A DNA stretch of 61,569 nt, the filler included. It is 11 parts of 11 records of this genome, joined end to end, with 100 filler letters (N's around TTAATTAATTAA, not from the genome) between each part and the next. Parts side by side here need not be neighbours in the genome. Positions count along the whole stretch, not along the records: positions 8,695 to 18,232 come from SRR15195285_2057; positions 18,333 to 26,869 come from SRR15195285_2058; 9 more parts are not named here. One strand, given 5' to 3'. Under the pieces are notes generated by a model that saw only the letters and a list, made by a program, of their open reading frames with translations, was not told the origin of the DNA and searched no databases. The position numbers and the translations under genes were made by a program. Below are positions 12,516 to 24,473 of the stretch, one piece after another (within the stretch, counting starts at the first letter, position 1; every line of letters begins with the position of its first letter).

Positions 12516-12912
12516 CCGGCCACGGCAGGATGAAATTTTATCCTGGAGTTTTGAAATGGAGTTTGCCTGTTGGTTTTGGCTGGCATTACACTTGTCTGAC
12601 GGCATCCAAGCACACACACAGCTATTTGCCATCAAATTGGGCCGTCATGCATGCATGGTTCCCATCGTATCGCGCATCATGTCGCACATGACACTCGTGC
12701 CCAAGAAGCTGGGCACTGCTGCGGTTCGAGGCACGAGCCAGGATCCATCGCACGACGGTTCGCGATCCGTTCGCCTGGAGTGCATCTTGGATCTTGAGAG
12801 ATTCCGCGTTACATGTAGCGTGGGTCACACTGCCTGCCAGACGCACGCTCACACGCACACGCGCCGGGGTACCCTCTGTACAGTACTAGATCTAGCAGGA
12901 ACTTCATGACAT

Positions 12913-12929
12913 GTTTAGGATTCCTAAAC
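12913..12929. promoter_or_regulatory. Palindrome GTTTAGGA-T-TCCTAAAC, candidate cis-element
   Basis: Perfect 8-bp inverted arms in the AT-rich intergenic patch upstream of the ATG at 13345. Confidence 0.35.
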
Positions 12930-13344
12930 CGCTTTTTATAATACGCATTCTTGAGTGTATACTACAGTACTACTAGTAGGATCAAGGATGTAGGAATATA
13001 TACTTATATAGTGCTAGGAATGTAAGGCCGCCGCCTCCCCGGTGACTCGAGTGACGATCCTTAGCTTATCTGACGCCGCGGGGCACGCGGTGCCGGCGAG
13101 ACCGTACTCTCGTCCCAGACGAGGGGCGGGGCGGGGCAGGGCGGGGCAGGGCGGGCTATATAGCCGGCTGCGAAGCGGTGCTGGGAGGACTGGTGAGGCT
13201 GCTGGAGTGAGAGTGGTGGGTGGAGGAGGGGTGGGATGTGAGGAGGGATGATTTGGGGCTGAGGTCGGTCGTGGGGCATCAGCAGGCGTGTCTGTGCACG
13301 CACGCGCGTTCCTGACCGGCGTCGGTGCCGGTGCCTCTGCAAAA

Positions 13345-16300
13345 ATGCGCTCCGGAGGGCTGCTTTTCGCGGTTGCAGCGCTGGTTTCCCGGCCCGAAAC
13401 GGCGGCACAGGATGCGTGTCACGACGCAAACACGCAATGCGCCGTGTTCCTTGACCTCGGATATCCGTGCTCGCACGAGCTCACACCGGGCGTGCTGCTC
13501 TCGGACCAGTGCCAGCTGTCATGTGGTGTTTGCACCTCGGCTGCGGCTGCGCAACCCGCCGATACCGCGCCTACACCGTCCGTTCCTGATGCTCCCGAAT
13601 GCCGCGACTCGATGACGAACTGCGAGAGCCTACTCACGGCGGGCTACCCGTGCTCCTTCGAGCCGGTACCAGGACAATCTCTGTCACAATTCTGCCCGCT
13701 GTCGTGCGGCATCTGCGGCGGGCTGGGCTGCCCGGGGAACAGCATCGAAGATTGCGCTGGGCACTGTGTGCCAGTCGCCTACGTTGGTGATGGTGTGTGC
13801 GACAATGAGCCAGGTTCAGACTTAAACTGCGACGCTGGCCAGTGGGACGGCGGAGACTGTGGAGAGTGTGGCGTCGCAGTCGGTGTCTTGGTCACCGTCA
13901 CCGTCACGACATACGGGAATGAGATCCGGTGGCAAATGAATGATGCAGGACTGACGTACGGTAACTATCCAGATAATCAGCAAGCTGTCCGTGGCATCTG
14001 CCTCGAGAGCGGAGTGGACCACTTTCTCAACGCGACCGACGCGCTGCACGACGGCTGGCATGGTGGGTGGTTTTCTGTGCATGTTCGTGAGAGCGGCCGG
14101 TACCTTGTTCACCCCACCCCGGTTCACGGCAGCGGACATGTTGCCGAGTTCTCCACTGAGATCGACTGCACGGCTCAGCAAGTTATCAGCTGCTCGGGTG
14201 GGTGTGTGCCAGCGTTCTATGTCGGCGATGGTACGTGCGATGACAGGACGCGAGCTCGTGGCTGGCACCTTGACTGCGCTGAAAACAACTTCGACGGCGG
14301 GGACTGCCTGTGTAGGTCCTTCGATCCAGAGGCCTGCGGCTGTGCTCCCGGGGAGATTGTTAGCTGCGAGATGGAATGTGCGCCGGGGGAGTTCCTTGGC
14401 GACGGAGTGTGCGACGGCCCTGATGCATATCGCGGGCATGATCTCAACTGCCCAGAAAACACAAACGATGGAGGAGACTGTGAGGACTTTTGCTACTCCA
14501 CATCCATTGTGGACCGTGCCACACACGAAATATTACTCAGCGCTGCCCAGCCAACCGAGGAGCTTGTCCTTGGCGACGACGAGATGTCGCTTCCTATCGA
14601 GTTTGGATTTGACTTCCCCTTTTATCGGCAGCAATACAGAGCTCTTCGAGTGTCGAGCAATGGCTTCGTGGCGTTCGACTATCGTTCTGAGCATGGATGC
14701 TGTGAAGGCCGTGAGCTTCCCGACCTGGACTTTGGCAGCCTGATTGCCCCATACTGGGAAGACATTGATCCAGCTAGTGGCGGGACTGTACTGTACGGCA
14801 GCAACAGCAACACCTTCATCCTACGCTTTGACGCAGTGCCGCACGCTGAGCGGCCTGCTGGCGGAGACACGACGTGGAACCTGATCCTACACCGGGATGG
14901 CACCTTCTTTCTGGATTTTGAACGCGCCATTGGCGACGGTGGGATGCATACTGTCGGCTGGCAAGAGCTCGGGGCTACCCAATATCAGATGCTTTGCCAT
15001 GGTTCCGGCAGCACAACTTGCCAGTATTCAGATATTACGCTTGAAGTATCGTATGAGCCCAGCCATGTGCGTGACGAGTGTGGAGTCTGCGAAGGTGATG
15101 GCTCAGCGTGTTTAGGATGTGACGGCGTTGCACATTCTGGCTTAGTCGAAGACGAGTGCGGTGAATGTGGAGGGGACGGTACTGCATGTGGTGGTTGCCT
15201 CGACGAGCGAGCTGAAAACTTCGACCCTGCGGCGACCCAGGACTTTTGGTGGCTGTGCGAATACGAGGGAGGCTGCCCTGAAGGCGAAGTGCTTTCGTGT
15301 GATGGATCTATGTGCTCTGGAACGCAATATATTGGCGATGGGCTCTGTGATGGAGCCGATATGGTTTTCGGTGTGAACATGAACTGCAGCCAACACAATT
15401 GGGACGGTGGTGACTGTCTTGGGTGTGACGACCTGCATGTCACTACTTGTGATGGACAGTGTGTCTCCGCCGATACCTGGGGCGATGGCTACTGCGATGA
15501 TGCCGCTACAGCAGCTCTGAGAGGATCGAACGGGTTTATCTTGGACTGTGAAGAGCTTGAATACGATCATGGAGACTGTAGCGATAGTTGTCCAGACGGG
15601 CAGATCGAGTCATGCACAGGTGAGTGCACGAGCGTGGTGTACCATGGAGATGGAGTGTGCGACGATGAAGCAGCTACTACGGGCATACACTTCAATTGCG
15701 AAAGACTGTGGTATGATCTTGGCGATTGTGAGCAGCAAGGACAGTGCGCATCACATGAAGATTGTGCAGCTTGGCAGACTACGGGGCCGATGTACTGCAA
15801 TGCGCAGACCACTTGCCAGGAGTGCCGTCATATCTCTACTGCCATGTGTGACGTGCTCGGAGGCGATTGCTGTTCGGCTGATTTCATCTTTCATTGCGGA
15901 GATCGTACTGACTGTGAGGCTGTACCAACGTGCAGGGACCATGAAATTGTCAGCTGTGCGAATCTTTGTGCACCAGAGATCTTCATCGGAGACGGCATCT
16001 GGTGAGCCCCACATCCACATTCGCGTGTCTTTGTGCCTCTGCTGAAAACGGTCATGCGCAGCGATGGAGATCGAATCGGCAGCCATCATCTGGACTGCGA
16101 GGAATTTGGGTGGGACGGAGGGGATTGCCTCTGTGGTAACGATATGGTCCGCTCGTGTACTGGGTCTTGTTCACCGGCAGAGTAACACCTCCATACAAAC
16201 CAAAACAGTCAATGCAACATGCACTTGCACTAATCTCGTTCACGCGTTTCAGGTATCTGGGCGATGGAATCTGTGACAGCGACGACGTTCCCGGCGGGCA

Positions 16301-18232
16301 TCATCTGAACTGCTCAGCTCTTATGTATGACGAGGGCGACTGCACAGGTAGATGTCCTGACCGTCAGATCGTTGGATGTTTTGATGAATGCATTCCAGCC
16401 GCGTGGCTTGGGAATGGCGTCTGCGATCACGAAGGATTCCGAGGGACTCAAAGTGCAGATTGTGATGCCCTCGGGTGGGATGGGGGCGACTGTGTACATG
16501 GGTGTACAGATGCTACTGCAGATAACTTCGTTCGCAATGCGAATGTCGACGATGGCTCTTGCCAACGATTGGGGTGCACTGACCCTGATGCAGACAACTA
16601 CGACCCATTGGCCAACGTTAACGATAACAGCTGCCTTTTAGAGGCATGTATGGAGCCAACTGCGTGCAACTACCACCCATCTGCAACCCACGCATGCGCG
16701 AGTGATCCCCGAAGACCTGAGTCTGATTGCTGTCGCTATGAGCTCCCCGAAACGTGCGACGAAAGGCGCAGTACGTGTCAAGAGCTTTTTGGGCAAGAGT
16801 GTCCATGTGAAATATACGAGCCAAGAAACACGATAGAGTACAGCGGTTTCATCTATGCAACGCTGGACGACATGCGGCCTTCGGTTGGCGGGTATGGCGG
16901 CACGTCTTTGGAGGGACAGCGCTGTCCAATGGACGACCCCGAGTGCCGAGGATCCTCGTGCGCGTGGGGGCGTGCTGGGCAGAATTACTACTTAAAGTTG
17001 CCTTGTGGATGGGATCTGTTCCCCATCTTGCATTCGTGTCATCATCACATATGGGAAAACATTGTTCCGCAAGCATGGGGGACAAGATGCATTGTTGACA
17101 TCTTTTCACAGGTGCCTCTGTGGTCCCTTGGACCTCAAGCTGGAATGCAAGGCGATGAGGTGGACTGGGGACGTGATGGGAACGTGCACAGTGTTGCCAA
17201 CGAGTGTGGTGAACAAGGCAACGGATTTGTCTCATCAAACAGCGCACGCAACCGCTTTTGGTCTTCGCGCTATGCAACATTCACCCCGCATGATGGTTTT
17301 AAAGCAGAAGATTGTGGCATGCGTTTTCTAATTCGCAAGCCGATCGATTGTGAATACGCGCACGTTGGATGTGACGGAGTTGACAACAGTGGGTTGACTC
17401 TAGACGAATGTGGGGTCTGCGGTGGCGATGGTACATTGTGCGCTGATGTCTGTGGAGTACCTTACGGCGATGACAGCTCTTGTCAAGACTGCGCGGGCGT
17501 TTCGAATGGTCTGTCGTACGAGGATGTGTGTGGCGACTGCGACGCCGATCCCTCTAATGATGGCGACAAGTGCGTCGGGTGTGATGGTGTTGCTTACTCC
17601 GGGGTCGCTGAAGACCAATGCGGCATCTGCGGAGGAGATGGACACCAATGTGCAATGTGCATTGATCGCCCTGAGTGCCCAGAGTGGATGGCTGCGGGCT
17701 ACCCATGTGACCTCGTCCTGAGTAACATCGAGCTCAGGCATTTGTGTCCAGTTGAGTGCGATCATGACGCCTGTGGATGCAACGGACTCGGCTACGAATT
17801 TGGAGGTCTTCGCGAAGATGTCTGCGGTGTTTGTGGGGGAGACAGCTCGACATGCATTGGTTGCGATGGTGTGCCCCTCGCTGATGGTGGCCTAAGGCTT
17901 GATGTCTGCGGTGTTTGTGGTGGAGACGGTGAATCTTGCATTGGTTGTGATGGAATTGTCAACAGCGGTCTGAACTGGGATGTATGTGGAGAGTGCGACG
18001 GCCATGGAGTATCTTGCACTGGTTGTGACGGTATCATCAACTCTGGTCTGGTCAGGGATGAGTGTGGGGTGTGTGCAGGCGACAACACACGCTGTGCCGG
18101 ATGTGATGGCGTTGCAAACTCCGGAATGGTTGTGGACGAATGTGGTGTATGCGGTGGCTCCTCAGCGTGTCTTGCACCCGCCTGTGAGACGGGGGCGGAA
18201 ATACAGGATGGAACCAACTGCGTAGACTGTGT
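13345..18232 (+). CDS. Large secreted/surface Cys-rich protein, 3'-truncated: ShK-like domains, many LNR/Notch-like repeats, NIDO-like domain, GCTD..A.NY and D.CGVCGGD repeats; exons 13345-16001, 16062-16181, 16253-18232
   Basis: Signal peptide MRSGGLLFAVAALVS; ShK-like C..D...C......C.....CxxSCGxC twice; repeated GDG.CD....LNC.....DGGDC; NIDO-like FGFDFPFY..QY..L.VSSNGFV.F..IAPYWEDIDP. Introns 16002-16061 and 16182-16252 restore the repeat frame (GDGIC|DGD.., PAE|YLGDGIC). Confidence 0.88.
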
Positions 18233-18332
18233 NNNNNNNNNNNNNNNNNNNNNNNNNNNNNNNNNNNNNNNNNNNNTTAATTAATTAANNNNNNNNNNNN
18301 NNNNNNNNNNNNNNNNNNNNNNNNNNNNNNNN
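18233..18332. other. Artificial contig linker
   Basis: N44-TTAATTAATTAA-N44. Confidence 0.98.
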
Positions 18333-19500
18333 CAGACTGTCCAGTAGATAGCCGTAATATGGCAGTGTCGCCTTTGCGACCTCTTCAGACGACGGTGGCA
18401 CCAGACGGTCAGCCCACCCAAAGCCAAAACCTGGCATTCCTGCGCCACCCAGCTGGGTGCACAACCGACCAGGCAGATTTCATTTCGACCACAAGTGTGA
18501 CTCAATGTCGTCAGCGCTATAAATCACTGTGGCCACTAGGGCAATTGCCATTCTTACCTTCACGAACACATTCGGATACTCTGCTAATGCTGCAACATTA
18601 TGTTTCCACTGCTCGAGCGACTCACCACCATCGTCCTCCTTTGGCAATCGGAAGCAGCAGTGATTCACGACGATTTTCAGCGATGGGAACCTTTGCGCCA
18701 GCCTCACGGTGTCTGCTCCAAGTCCGGTCTCAAATACTACGCCCAGTTTCTCGAGGATCGCTAAACCGGGGTCTGTAGGCGCTGAGCGAATGCCACGGAA
18801 ATTTGGCACGCGTATGAACGACTCCAGCGCATTCTGTAGTGCGTCTGTAGGCAGGGACAGGTCCAGTGTTCCCGTGATGCCAGCACAGATTTGCGCAGTA
18901 CCATACGTACCAGACTCGGCCGCTGACGCAGCCCCTTGCGCGAAATACACCTCACCTAGTGATCGGAGGTGCACAGGTCCAGTTTTGCTGAACATGGTGC
19001 CGCATTCCACAAAGCAAGTGTGGGTGACGTTGTGCCCTGAGCAGCGGATGTCGGCGACGACATCGTCCAGCAGATAGCGCTGTTGGCAACCGGCTGGATT
19101 GGGCGCTCCATAAGACCTGGGCATGTGCCGCGCGCACGATGAATTGACTCTGAGCGGGCTCAGTTGCGTGTGGCTATGGCCCACATCTGGGTTGCTACAA
19201 CTTACTCGGCCGCTGGGTCCACGGGACCTCCGGGTCGCGTGTCTACGATGTGCGCGCCACCCTCACCTGCTCTCGCGTCCCTGGTACACCCGGGACGTAG
19301 CCACACCGACACCTCAGCATAGTCGCAAATGAAGCGTGGAGCGTTCTATGCCACATTCTCGCACACCAGAGGTGGTGGTGAGGGTCGCAAATGGCGAGGT
19401 CGGGCTCAAGCGCCTCCTCTTGCGTGAGCTCGAGCCAGCGGTGAAGTGCTGCGTCCTCTTCCGCGCACGGTGGTGGCTGCATGACCTGCCGAGCCACCAT
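18333..19500 (-). CDS. Amidohydrolase_2 family metal-dependent hydrolase (lactonase-like), 3'-truncated; introns 19281-19366, 19117-19205, 18453-18557
   Basis: Spliced product reads E.ALEPDLAICDPHHHLWD...RYLLDDVVAD...HNVTHTCFVECG..F...NFRGIR...VVNH...YPNVFVK|LGGAGMPGFGFGW..PPSSEEVA...PYY. All three introns are GT-AG and restore the frame. Confidence 0.85.
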
Positions 19501-20150
19501 AGGTGGCGCCTGTGGTGCAGCTAGCCTGCCACCGCACGGCTCTCAGCTACCCTTTTTGCCAACCTTGAGCCGCGGACCTGGAGCCCTCTGCTGGTACCCA
19601 CCACGCGGTGGGTAGGGCTCGGCGCCTCTAGGGGTATACGTACGGTCGTACGGCGCGCGCGCGCGATCATGCACCGGCGCCACCGACCGGCAGGGGCGCG
19701 CATCCGGCATCGCCATCGGCGTCTACCTGGGCACTCCGAACCCGGAGCGCGGAGGGGTTAAAGGGGTATCCGCGTATCCGACGGACCGTATCGATGAGTA
19801 GTCTTGAACGGTCGCTCGCGGCGGCTCGGTCGATCTTGTATCTTCGCCGCGGCCGCCGCAGTGCATCTGCATGCGCCAGATGTTGGCGACATCTCTAGGC
19901 GATCGATGCCTGCGCTGTGACGGCAGCAGCCAGCCTGCCAGCCGCTGTGATAGCTATGTCTCTCTGAGGACTCGAGAGATCCAGCTAGCGTACCGGGCTA
20001 CTACTTCACACGGGACGGATGGGCAGCCAGACAGATAGATCGACTGGGGGGTAGCAGGCAGACTGGCAGGTTAGCGGGCGGACGTCTAATCCCGCGGCCG
20101 GCGCTTGATCCGTCGCTTGATCTGCAGGTTATTCTCGCTCCCGTCACGAG

Positions 20151-23100
20151 ATGGAGGAGTACGAGTGCGGCGAGGTGCTGGGGCGCGGGGCGTTCGGTGC
20201 GGCCTACAAGGTCACTCGCAAGCGCGACCACAGCGACTTTGTCATCAAAAAAGTGGATGTCAGCCGGATGCCCGAGGAAGAGAAGAAGGAGACGAAGCGT
20301 GAGGTGTTAATCATGCAGAAGCTGGCTGAGCTGTGTGACCATCCGAACATTGTCGCATACTACGACTCGTTCCTGGACAAGGACTCCAACCAGCTCTGCA
20401 TTGTCATGGAGTATGCCGATGCTGGCGCGCTAAGTGACATCGTTAAGGAACACAAAAATGCAGGCACTCAGCTTCCGCTCAAATTGATCTTGCAGCTGTT
20501 TACGCAGCTTGTCTTGGCAGTGCGCGCAATGCACGATGTCAAGCCTGCCGGTATCCTGCATCGTGACCTGAAAACACAAAATGTCTTCTTGAAGCGCGAG
20601 GCGCAGTCTGGACGGCTTGACGTCAAGCTTGGGGACTTTGGGCTCTCAAAAAGCCTGAAGGAGGATGAGATGGCCAAGACCATCGTGGGTACACCATACA
20701 ACCTAGCCCCCGAGCTCTGCCAAGGCCTATCCTACGCCAAACCTGTCGATGTGTGGGCGCTGGGCTGTGTTCTGTACGAAATCACAACGACACGGCATGC
20801 TTTCGAAGGGTCATCTCTCCCAGCGCTGGTCATGAAGATCATGCGTGGATTGTGCCCATCCGTGAGGGAACGGCGCTACTTTGAGAATGGAGAACATGTC
20901 TCAAGCGAAGAGCCTAGCGAGACGGAGATGAATGATGCCGAAGAGATGAAGGATGGCGCTGAAGATCCCAGGCAAGTCATCGAAGATATTGATGACCTCA
21001 TCAGTCGCTGTTTGCAGGGCGAGCCTGTGCGTTGCCTTGCCGGTCTACGAATGCTCCCCAATTTCTAGCTGTTGCATGCGAGCGCGTGTGCAACGCGCAA
21101 ATTCAACGCGTGGCGCTGCGTTTGCAGGATGACCGCTGCACGTGTGACAAAATGTTAGGGCACCCACTATTAATGCGTCGTAAACGACAGGAAGAGCACC
21201 GCCAAGCACAAGACCGTGAGGCGCGCTTAAAACTCCAAGAATCGTTCGCTTTGGCTGGCGAAGATGCGTCTACTGCTGCCCGCTTAGGTGAATTTGCACC
21301 CACAGCAGCCGAGGAGCGTGATGCGGAAATTCAGGCCCGTGCCGTACCAGTGGCCGCACCTGATGTACCCCTGGAGTGGGGTGCTGGCCGGAGACACCCT
21401 GCGCCTGTGCAAAACTGGGAGAAAAAGGACGTTGCTCGCCCTGGAGCAATGAAGGTGTTAGGAATGTCAGCACAATATGATGGCCGCAGGGAGCGTGATT
21501 TTCAGCTATTAATTACAGACGGAGGAACTTTGCTCTCGCGTGGCAAAAACTGTCATCATGGTCAATTAGGACAATTCAATCCAGATATTGACGCTGGGCT
21601 GTTTGCGCCAGTGCATGGGCTGGAAGGCTTGTGCATCCAGCAAGTTGCGTGTGGCACTGTACATGCGTTGGCGCTCACTGATGATGCGCGGGTATTTTCA
21701 TGGGGATCGGACTACGAAGAGAAGCTCGGAGCGCGAGCTTCTGATGGTAGGCTTGGATACATAGCCAGCCGTGTGCCAGTCACGATACCGAAAGAAATCG
21801 AAGCGCTTCGACCAGAGAAGCGCTTTCAGATCATTCGCCCTCTCCCCCTGTTCGTGCGACGCAAGGATATCGACAAGGCGATCGAAAAGGTGCTAGCACA
21901 AAGTCCAGAAGAAGGTGACAAGATTTTGTTGATGTGGAATCACATTGAGCATTGGATTCACCAGCGCGAGACACAACGTGGTCGCGGCAATGGTGCTGGC
22001 TCGTCGAGAAGAGAGTCTTCAAATCCGGCCGAGGTATTGATCGACGGATTCTTTCAGGTTGCGGCACTTAAAGATGCAGTGGTGGCGCTCCACCAAGATC
22101 CAAATGTTGATGAGGGCAAAGGTAAACTTGTGCTGGAGCATTTGCGATTGCAATTTGTGCCCTCAGAGCTAAGACCTCCCTCTCAGATTGATGAGCTCGC
22201 GGCGATTACATTGCACGGCAAACGTTGGATGCATGTCAGCGGAGATCGACCAGAGGGCGATTTTGTTGACGAGACATCAGCATTCTACACAGATCAAGAC
22301 GACGAGCTGCAGTGGTCAGCGTGGGTGTGGCAACCAGAAACATCGACGCAAAAAGTAATGACGGAGATAGTGAAACGGGACAATGTGGTGAGCATTAGTG
22401 CGGGAGAAAAGCACTCTGCTGCTATCACAGACTCTGGCAGACTTTTTTGCTGGGGCTGCGGCAAAGACGGTCGCCTTGGCAATGGTAGTGAAGACAACCA
22501 GCATGAACCTGCTGAACCAGTTGAGTTTGTCACAAAGAAATGGTCTGATATGGAGGCAGATGTGTTGGCACAGACAAGCGATGGACGGAAACAGCTTGCA
22601 AAGTGGTTGCGCGAGCACTGCGTTGAGGATGCGTCGACCAATGGGGCAATTGACGGAGCCGCGGTAGTTGACGATGGTGCCGCGTTGTGCCGCCTTTACT
22701 TCAATTGCCGTCCGTTCCTTCGGCAGGAACGTATAGTTCAAGTCGCGTGTGGCAGTGGTCAAGACGGCTTTACTCTAGCCATTTCCCAAACTGGTGATGT
22801 ATACAGCTGGGGCTATGGAGAGCGTGGACAGCTAGGGCATGGACAGGAAGATGACGTGTCAGCGCAACGTTCACCGAGGCATATTGTAGCGCTTCGTGAG
22901 AAAGTAGACATCTATGGTCGCGTAACACAGGTAGCCTGTGGCGAAGCTCATGTTCTGGCGCTGACTGAGAATGCATCAGTGATTGCGTGGGGCGAATCAG
23001 GCATGGGTCAATGTGGAGTCCATCTAGGTCAAGAAAGCAATGCGGCAGCAGGCGCTGCCGATGGTTACGGTTCGGACGACTCCTGTGGGACATCTACAGA

Positions 23101-23962
23101 TATCGACACCATTGTGTGGAATCCCCGAGAGATAACAGAATTGCTTCCGTCTCCCTCACCTAATGGCATCGACGAGCGTCTCAATGAAGCATGTGTGCCA
23201 CAGCGCATGCGTTGCGAGCAGGCTGTGGGTGACCGCGTGGTACAAGTCGCTGCCGGAGCAGAGCATTCTCTAGCTCTTGTCGATGCTGGTCACGTCCTGA
23301 GCTGGGGCAAAGCCGGTTATGGCGGAAACGGTCCCCTAGGGAGACGACTTTCAGAGAAAGAGAAGCGCGATGGATGCTGCGCAATGCCCAAGTTAGTGAC
23401 GACAGCACCACCAGCTGGTCAGGATCGCGGTGACTTCCTGTTCGATATGTGCGTTGCCGTGCATTGATGTACCGAGCTTGCACTAACCGCTGTTGCTTGC
23501 TCCTGAGCTGGAGAAATAATAATGCTGTTGGTGCCGTGCAGGTTCGATCGTTACCGAGTTGTCGCACGAGGCGGGGTTGCAGTCTATGCAAACCCGAGTC
23601 ATTCCTCCCCAGTGATATACCACTTTGCGCAAGACGATGAGATGAGCGTGGATCGCAAAACTGATGAAAACGGAATGGTTTGGGTCCACCATGCACACGG
23701 TCTGGGTGCCGACGATATTCTCGCAGGTTCACCGCAGATAGCAAAGCCTGGAGCCGTAGGGGTGGGCAGTGACCAACGTGTTAAGCGTGATATAGATGGG
23801 GATGGTCAAGGTTGGATACCCATCCTCAGCAAAGCGGGCCAAATCCAGATGCAGCAGCTAGAGCGTCGTAAACCAGTCAGGCTTATCCAGGCTGCTGGCG
23901 AACGCTCGTTTGCTTTCACTGGAGACAAGAAACCGTTGCGCCGCCACCTCTCGCAAATCTAA
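20151..23962 (+). CDS. NIMA-related kinase with C-terminal RCC1 repeats (NEK8/NEK9-like architecture) and an SH3-like insert; exons 20151-21026, 21128-23448, 23542-23962
   Basis: Kinase motifs GRGAFG, VIKKV, HRDLKTQNVFL, KLGDFGLSK, TIVGTPYNLAPELC; RCC1 blades VACGTVHALAL..VFSWG, ISAGEKHSAAIT..LFCWG.GKDGRLG, VACGEAHVLAL..WG. Introns 21027-21127 and 23449-23541 both start GTGCGT and end CAG. Confidence 0.9.
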
Positions 23963-24473
23963 GAGGCCACTGGGCTCGGGCAGCTAGGAGGCCACGAATG
24001 TTGGTTTATGCAGTAGAAGTTGCAACATCCTCAATGAATTCAATGCGATCAATGTAGTCAACCCGACTGATACGATTAAGCATTCCTGCTTGCATGTTGA
24101 CGTTGCTCTTTCCAGCGGCCTTTCGTCGTGAAGCCTCGAGGGCAAGCGACGTCAAATCCTGAGGTGTGACTACCTTATCCGCGGATTGGCAGGGTTGTAG
24201 GGCCACCAGTGGCGATACACAACAAGACAGCGCTGCAGATTCTGCAGCAAGCGCAACCACCCACCTGACTAGAAATATTCACAGAACAGCCCATCGACGC
24301 TCAAGACGAGGGCTCGAGCTCGCCTGTCCAGCCAGCAGTTACGATCACTGCCAGAGATTATCAAGCAAGGAACGTGGACTTTGTTGACTATTCGCTTGAG
24401 GCTAGACAAGTCGTCAGCTCGTTCATAACTGTTTCTGACCACCAACATTACCACCGGCATGAACGCTGCGGGC

